A stretch of 64,000 bases of DNA, taken from the NCBI RefSeq assembly GCF_006345805.1, contig NC_042997.1, positions 112,902,001-112,966,000 on the forward strand. Direction: 5' to 3'. Shown one piece after another: positions 63,828 through 64,000 of the stretch. The stretch is from Octopus sinensis. Lineage: Eukaryota. A program made the position numbers and the translations under genes. Position 1 is the stretch's first letter. The number at the start of each line of letters is the position of its first letter. The notes beneath the pieces are model-generated. The model saw nothing but the letters and a program-made list of their open reading frames with translations, had not been told where the DNA came from and made no database searches.

Positions 63828-64000
63828 TTTTGGAGAAGTGGTGTTGGATTTTCAAGCAAGGAAATACAAACTGAAAACAAATGATATTAAATCGAAGTGT
63901 AATTAAGCAATTGAATTAATATACTGTACAATTCTTTACTGAACATATTTCATGATTGGATAAACATTACAGACTTGTTTAATATTCAATAGGAAAACAG

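Overview
AT-rich, repeat-dense animal DNA; the microsatellite and SINE/RTE landscape suggests an octopus (inferred, not proven). There are two convergent host genes. A Rab GDP-dissociation inhibitor (GDI) gene on + has ten coding exons at 10614-38475, all GT-AG and in frame; its short first exon was not found in the window. A two-exon TMEM121/CECR6-family membrane protein gene lies on - (63827-63662 joined to 61190-60442, 304 aa). Most of the rest is transposon-derived: a 5'-truncated RTE LINE whose RT carries an inserted PHD-type finger, about 30 short copies of its 3' tail, several tRNA-derived SINE families, decayed Tc1/mariner copies, TTAA-flanked MITEs, an R4/Dong-like fragment, foldback elements and a 156-bp minisatellite. 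The most striking structure is at ~51.0-56.1 kb. Two ~1-kb inverted arms each end in a foldable type I hammerhead ribozyme, and they enclose an RT-less GIY-YIG endonuclease domain with catalytic residues intact, all set in (TA)n. This is a Penelope-like unit. More degenerate hammerhead motifs occur elsewhere, one behind a tRNA-like Pol III head. All coordinates were read by hand; repeat ends are approximate.
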